64,000 nucleotides of DNA from Longimicrobiales bacterium (GTDB lineage: Bacteria; Gemmatimonadota; Gemmatimonadetes; Longimicrobiales; Gaopeijiaceae): positions 256,001-320,000 of the forward strand of contig CBDDCX010000006.1 in the NCBI GenBank assembly GCA_965226375.1, given 5' to 3'. Shown here in pieces: positions 59,744 to 64,000 of the stretch (position 1 is the stretch's first letter; every line of letters starts with the position of its first letter). The notes under the pieces were generated by a model. It was not told where the DNA came from, did no database searches, and worked only from the letters and a program-made list of their open reading frames with translations. The position numbers and the translations under genes are program-made.

Positions 59744-60468
59744 TATCCCTACACGACCACGATCGGGACCGAGATCTCACCGACGGCGACATCATTCGCT
59801 ATGTCGATCGCGAGTGTCAGCCCGAGGAGGCTCAGCGTATCGCGGCCCACATGGCCCGCTGTGACACCTGCCGGGAACGCGTCGAGGTGCTGGAACGTCG
59901 GTTGGGTGTCCTCTCGAGCCTTCTGGGTGAAGCGGACTTCGCTCCGGGTGAGCGCGCACCACGCAGGACGTGGCAGAGCCATTCGCTGCTGAAGGCCGCC
60001 GCGATGGTTTTCGTGACGCTCGGGCTGGGCTTCACCGTCGCACCGGTCCGCGCTTGGGTGGTGGACACTTGGTTGAGCGTTGTCGACGGCGCGGACCCTG
60101 CCGTGGTGGACGATGGGGTCGGAGTGCCCGGGTACGGAATCGTGTCGTTCGTGGTGAACGGAGCGTCGCTATCCATCGAGGTGGAGATGATGCAGTCCGG
60201 GGGTGAGCTCCACGTGCGTAGCGCCGATGTCGGGTTGGCGTCGGCACGTGTCGAAGGGGGAGACGGCTCGGAAGAACTCGTGGTGTTACCCGGAGTCTTA
60301 CGCGTTGTCAGTGGTGCAACGAGTGGAGCGAACTACCACGTGGTCGTGCCGATGAACCTCGCCGGAGTCTCGGTGCGGATCGGCGGAGGCGAGCCCCGGA
60401 ACTTCTCGCCGGATGACCTTGGCGGTGGCGGCAGGTCGTTCGACCTGAAAGGATTGCGGGCACCCTAG
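59740..60468 (+). CDS. zinc-finger (HC2) transmembrane anti-sigma factor
   Basis: HMARCDTC (HxxxCxxC); one TM; periplasmic beta domain; ATGA overlap with the sigma gene. Confidence 0.88.
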   Translation: MISLHDHDRDRDLTDGDIIRYVDRECQPEEAQRIAAHMARCDTCRERVEVLERRLGVLSSLLGEADFAPGERAPRRTWQSHSLLKAAAMVFVTLGLGFTVAPVRAWVVDTWLSVVDGADPAVVDDGVGVPGYGIVSFVVNGASLSIEVEMMQSGGELHVRSADVGLASARVEGGDGSEELVVLPGVLRVVSGATSGANYHVVVPMNLAGVSVRIGGGEPRNFSPDDLGGGGRSFDLKGLRAP

Positions 60469-60514
60469 ACCCGTTCCTGACGTCCCGTTCTCGAGTGCCC
60501 CGTCGCCCGGAACG

Positions 60515-62212
60515 TCAGCGTCCTCCGCCGAATGTCTCCCCGAAGAAGTCTCCCGCGATCCAGTGGGGTCTCTCGTCGGCGTTCCCCACTTGCTCGGCGA
60601 TCAGGAAGACTGTGCGAACATAGTCCGCGCCCGCCTCGTAGTGGAACGGCTGGTTCGCATCGTCGTTGGGTCTGTGCAGGGTCGTGGCGATCCACTCGTT
60701 CATGACCGCCGGACCATCGATGTCGGGATCCGAACTCGTTATGCCCGTCATCAAGGCTATCGACGGAGTCCCCTGGAGCACGAACGCGTAATGGTCGCTC
60801 CGGATGAACAGGTTTTGCTCCGGCATCGGATCGGGCTGGATCTCGAGGCCTACGCGGTTCGCTGCCGCTTCCGCCACCTTACCCAGGCTGGTGTGCTCCC
60901 CTCCCACAGCAATGATGTTCGCCATGGGATAGAGCATGAGGTTGCCGTCCATGTTGATGTTGGCGATCAGCGTGCCGAGCGACTCCACGGGATTCGCGGC
61001 CAGATAGCGGGCGCCCAGCAACCCCTCTTCTTCGGCGGTTGTGGCCACGAACAAGAACGTGCGACGAGGCGCCGTGGGAAGACTGGATAGCGCGTGGGCC
61101 AACTCGATAAGCGACGCCACCCCGGCCGCATTGTCGGCGGCGCCGTTGTAGATGGAGTCACCGTTCTGTACCCGGCCGATGCCCACGTGATCGAGGTGGG
61201 CCGTCACGATGATGTATTCCTCCGCCAGGTCCGGGTCGGAGCCGGGAAGCACGCCGAGAACATTGAAGCCCTCGAGATCGGTGTGTTCGCTGAGACTCAC
61301 CAGGCGCACCGAGGCGTGAAGATCGAAGGAACCGGGTCGGCCCAAAACGTCGGCGAAGGGTCTCCCGGTGCCGGCGAACAGCTTCTCGGCCCCCGCCACG
61401 CTCATGCTGGCCGTGGCCAGCGCGGCGCCTCCGGGCGGGCTTCCGTCGGGCCCGAGCCACTGCATGCTTCCGCGTCCCGCCGCGGCGACCGCCGACTCCC
61501 AGGAACCTCTTCTCCCCTCCGTGGGCGGGAGCACCGTGACGATGCCCACCGCCCCTCGTTCCGCAGCGATCCGACTCTTCACCCGGCCGGACGAGTAGTG
61601 GGCAGAGGCGTCGCTCGCGAGGCTCTCCGGCGCTCCTCGCAACACGACCACGATCTTGCCGCGCGCGTCGACTCCCTGGTAGTCGTCGTATCCCGACTCA
61701 GGAGCGCTCACTCCGAAACCCGCAAAGACGGCCGGCGCCTCCGTAGTCCCCTGCACCTGGTCGATGCGTGCCCCGGGCACGTAATCGACCCCAACCGTCA
61801 GCCGCTCGACCTGCCCGTCGACAATGAGCGACATGGATGACGCCTCCGCCACGGCCGACGCGCGCCGGAGCCGCACGCGCCCAAGGTACGATCCGTCGTC
61901 GCCCGCCGGTCGCAGACCGATGCGTGCGAACTGCGCGCTGACGTGGTCGGCCGCGAGCATGTAGCCCGGCGTTCCGGTACGGCGGCCGGCAAGGCGGTCG
62001 TCGGCCAGGAATGATACGTGAGCCTCTAGAGCGCTGGGCAAGATGGCCTCGAGCGCGGCCTCGATCGGGTCGGTCCCCGAAGCCGGAGGGTCACCCCCGC
62101 AGGCCGCTGATGTGAGCAGCACCAGGAGCGACGCGGAGCCCACACGGACCCCCAAGGCGGCCCGCCGCTCGAAGCCACGCTGTCGAGTTCCTCTATCTGT
62201 CGATCCCAGCAT
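60515..62212 (-). CDS. M28 family aminopeptidase with PA domain, probable lipoprotein
   Basis: FLADD...GR.TG; AHLDH.G; NGAADNA; AEEEGLLG; NMD; RSDH..F; H.P.D. Confidence 0.93.
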   Translation of the reverse strand: MLGSTDRGTRQRGFERRAALGVRVGSASLLVLLTSAACGGDPPASGTDPIEAALEAILPSALEAHVSFLADDRLAGRRTGTPGYMLAADHVSAQFARIGLRPAGDDGSYLGRVRLRRASAVAEASSMSLIVDGQVERLTVGVDYVPGARIDQVQGTTEAPAVFAGFGVSAPESGYDDYQGVDARGKIVVVLRGAPESLASDASAHYSSGRVKSRIAAERGAVGIVTVLPPTEGRRGSWESAVAAAGRGSMQWLGPDGSPPGGAALATASMSVAGAEKLFAGTGRPFADVLGRPGSFDLHASVRLVSLSEHTDLEGFNVLGVLPGSDPDLAEEYIIVTAHLDHVGIGRVQNGDSIYNGAADNAAGVASLIELAHALSSLPTAPRRTFLFVATTAEEEGLLGARYLAANPVESLGTLIANINMDGNLMLYPMANIIAVGGEHTSLGKVAEAAANRVGLEIQPDPMPEQNLFIRSDHYAFVLQGTPSIALMTGITSSDPDIDGPAVMNEWIATTLHRPNDDANQPFHYEAGADYVRTVFLIAEQVGNADERPHWIAGDFFGETFGGGR

Positions 62213-62476
62213 TCCGCACCTTTTCTCGATCCCGTGGCTCTGAGACCGAATCGGACCCGCGTGGGCGGTTGAAGCCGCCCGTTTCTGCCCCCAAGATACG
62301 GCCGCCCCCCCCCGGCGCGAGCGAACCTGTTTGACCCGCTACCAGCGAACCCTACCACTTTATGTGTCCAAGAGGAGCATTACCTTTAGAGACTGGTTGC
62401 CCCCGTCTGTCACGATGTGATTTCGTGCGTTGACGGGGGCGTCTTCATTCAGGGCCCCTCAAAAAAGGAATGACGA

Positions 62477-64000
62477 TTGACGATGCCGGGTAAGGGCGGA
62501 ATCACACTGCTTGCGGTGGCTCTGGTGAACCCGCTCGGGTTGCAGGGGCAGAAGGAGGCCCAAGCGCACCCTACCGACAGATCGCTCTCCGCCGTGGCCG
62601 TCCGCGTGTCCCAAGCGCCCGAGATTGACGGCGTCATGGACGAGGCGTTTTGGGAGTCCATCCCTCCCATCACCGACTTCCGGCAGCGCGTTCCGGTCGA
62701 TGGGGGACCCCCGTCCGAGCGGACCGAAGTACGAATCGCATACGACCAGAAGGCCATCTATTTCGGCCTGAAGCTCTACGACTCCGAGCCCCACCTGATT
62801 CGGAGCCGCGTTCTCACTCGCGAGGGGCGATTGAGCCTGGACGACAACGTCTGGATAGGACTCGATACCTACCATGACCGTCGAAACGGATATGTCTTCG
62901 AGTTGAATGCGTTCGGCACCCAGGGGGACGCGCTGGTCACGGACGAGAGCGCCATGAACTGGGATTGGGAGGGCGTCTACCAGAGTCAGGCCCGTATCAC
63001 CGATGAGGGTTGGATCCTCGAGGTGGCCATACCGTTCACGACCATCCGCTTTTCGGCCGAGGAGGCCCCGGAGATGGGAGTGGCCGTTCGGCGCGCCATC
63101 AAGAGAAAGAACGAGGAGGTCTTCTGGCCGCACATTCCGGCCAGGTTCCGGGGCGGATTCAGACAAATATCCCAGTACGCCACGCTGACGGGTCTTCGTG
63201 ACCTGCCTCAGGGACGGCACCTGGAGATCAAGCCGTTCGTTATCGCGGGAGCCCAGAAGCTCGATGGTGATACCGACACGGTTGTGCTCGACGACATCGG
63301 GGTGGACCTCAAGTACGCTATCACATCGAACCTGACGGCGGATCTCACCTGGAATACCGACTTCGCCCAGGTGGAGGCCGACAACGTTCAGGTCAACCTC
63401 ACACGCTTCAGCCTCTTCTTTCCCGAGAAGCGGGAGTTCTTCCTGGAGCGGTCGGGCCTATTCTCCTTCGGGGACAACCGGGAGACCGAGGTCTTCTTCA
63501 GCCGCCGGATCGGGCTCACGAACGAGATCATCGGGGGGGGACGGATCACGGGCCAGATGGGTCGTCTTTCCGTCGGAATGCTGAGCCTCCAGACGGACGA
63601 CGCGGGGTCGGGAGATGACCTCGTGCACGGAGCCAACAACTCGGTCCTACGTATCCGGGGAGATGTCCTGCCTCGGACGACCGTGGGAGGGATCTTCACA
63701 AACCTCCAGAACGGTGACGGTCACAACCGGGTGCTCGGAGCAGACGCACAGGTCCGGTTCTGGGGAGGAAGCTCTTTTTCGGGCTGGTACGCTAGAGTGT
63801 CCGACTCCGAGGAGGGCACGTCGGCCGCGGGGAGCGCTAAGCTCGACATCCGGCCGCAGCGCTGGTGGTTGGCGGGCGCAGAGTTCGATAGTGTGGAGCC
63901 CGATTTCAATCCGAGTCTGGGATTCGTGAGACGTAGGGACGTGGTGCGCTTCGGCGGCAACGTCGGTTGGACCCCGGCGTTCGAGACGAGCACCTGGGCT
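62477..64000 (+). CDS. DUF5916-like protein (third copy), runs off the window end; absent from the ORF track
   Basis: SD AAGGAA, TTG 62477/ATG 62483; IDG.MDE.FW; NTDFAQVEADN.QVNLTRFSLFFPEKREFFLE; FFSRRIG; same frame at the window end. Confidence 0.92.
   Translation, partial: MTMPGKGGITLLAVALVNPLGLQGQKEAQAHPTDRSLSAVAVRVSQAPEIDGVMDEAFWESIPPITDFRQRVPVDGGPPSERTEVRIAYDQKAIYFGLKLYDSEPHLIRSRVLTREGRLSLDDNVWIGLDTYHDRRNGYVFELNAFGTQGDALVTDESAMNWDWEGVYQSQARITDEGWILEVAIPFTTIRFSAEEAPEMGVAVRRAIKRKNEEVFWPHIPARFRGGFRQISQYATLTGLRDLPQGRHLEIKPFVIAGAQKLDGDTDTVVLDDIGVDLKYAITSNLTADLTWNTDFAQVEADNVQVNLTRFSLFFPEKREFFLERSGLFSFGDNRETEVFFSRRIGLTNEIIGGGRITGQMGRLSVGMLSLQTDDAGSGDDLVHGANNSVLRIRGDVLPRTTVGGIFTNLQNGDGHNRVLGADAQVRFWGGSSFSGWYARVSDSEEGTSAAGSAKLDIRPQRWWLAGAEFDSVEPDFNPSLGFVRRRDVVRFGGNVGWTPAFETSTWA

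Noticed and set aside
62371..62460. Lysine or glycine riboswitch
   Set aside because: The AGAGGAGC start is reminiscent of a lysine riboswitch, but the region is too short and lacks the other conserved elements; kept only as an unknown structure

Overview
High-GC bacterial chromosomal window. The PadR/ADOP permeases, three DUF5916-like proteins and many secreted peptidases suggest a Gemmatimonadota- or Acidobacteriota-like organism; this is inference only. A central, fully intact housekeeping block at 25.3-43.7 kb reads tgt-yajC-def-fmt-thiE-thiS-thiG-rsmB-PASTA-TlpA-CdaR-tsaD-lgt-phosphoesterase-tamA-tamB. The accessory flanks hold exported peptidases (S1, M20, two M14, S12, M28), Tat-exported flavoenzymes, a GMC/subunit-3/DUF1080/Gfo-Idh-MocA glycoside-oxidation cluster, a TonB-receptor/ECF-sigma/anti-sigma module, a TetR regulon with two visible operators, and one complete IS1595-family element with flanking direct repeats. 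The flanks carry about ten lesions (frameshifts, a nonsense codon, deletions, a chimeric junction, an htpX remnant), while the housekeeping block has none. Most notable: an in-frame BioY::M14 carboxypeptidase fusion, a trypsin-like protease followed by a lipoprotein copy of its own N-terminal pro-domain, a circularly permuted Tat-exported D-amino-acid-oxidase-like gene, and a structured leader upstream of a DUF5916 gene. No rRNA, tRNA or CRISPR array was recognised. All family calls are from motif recognition by eye, not database searches.
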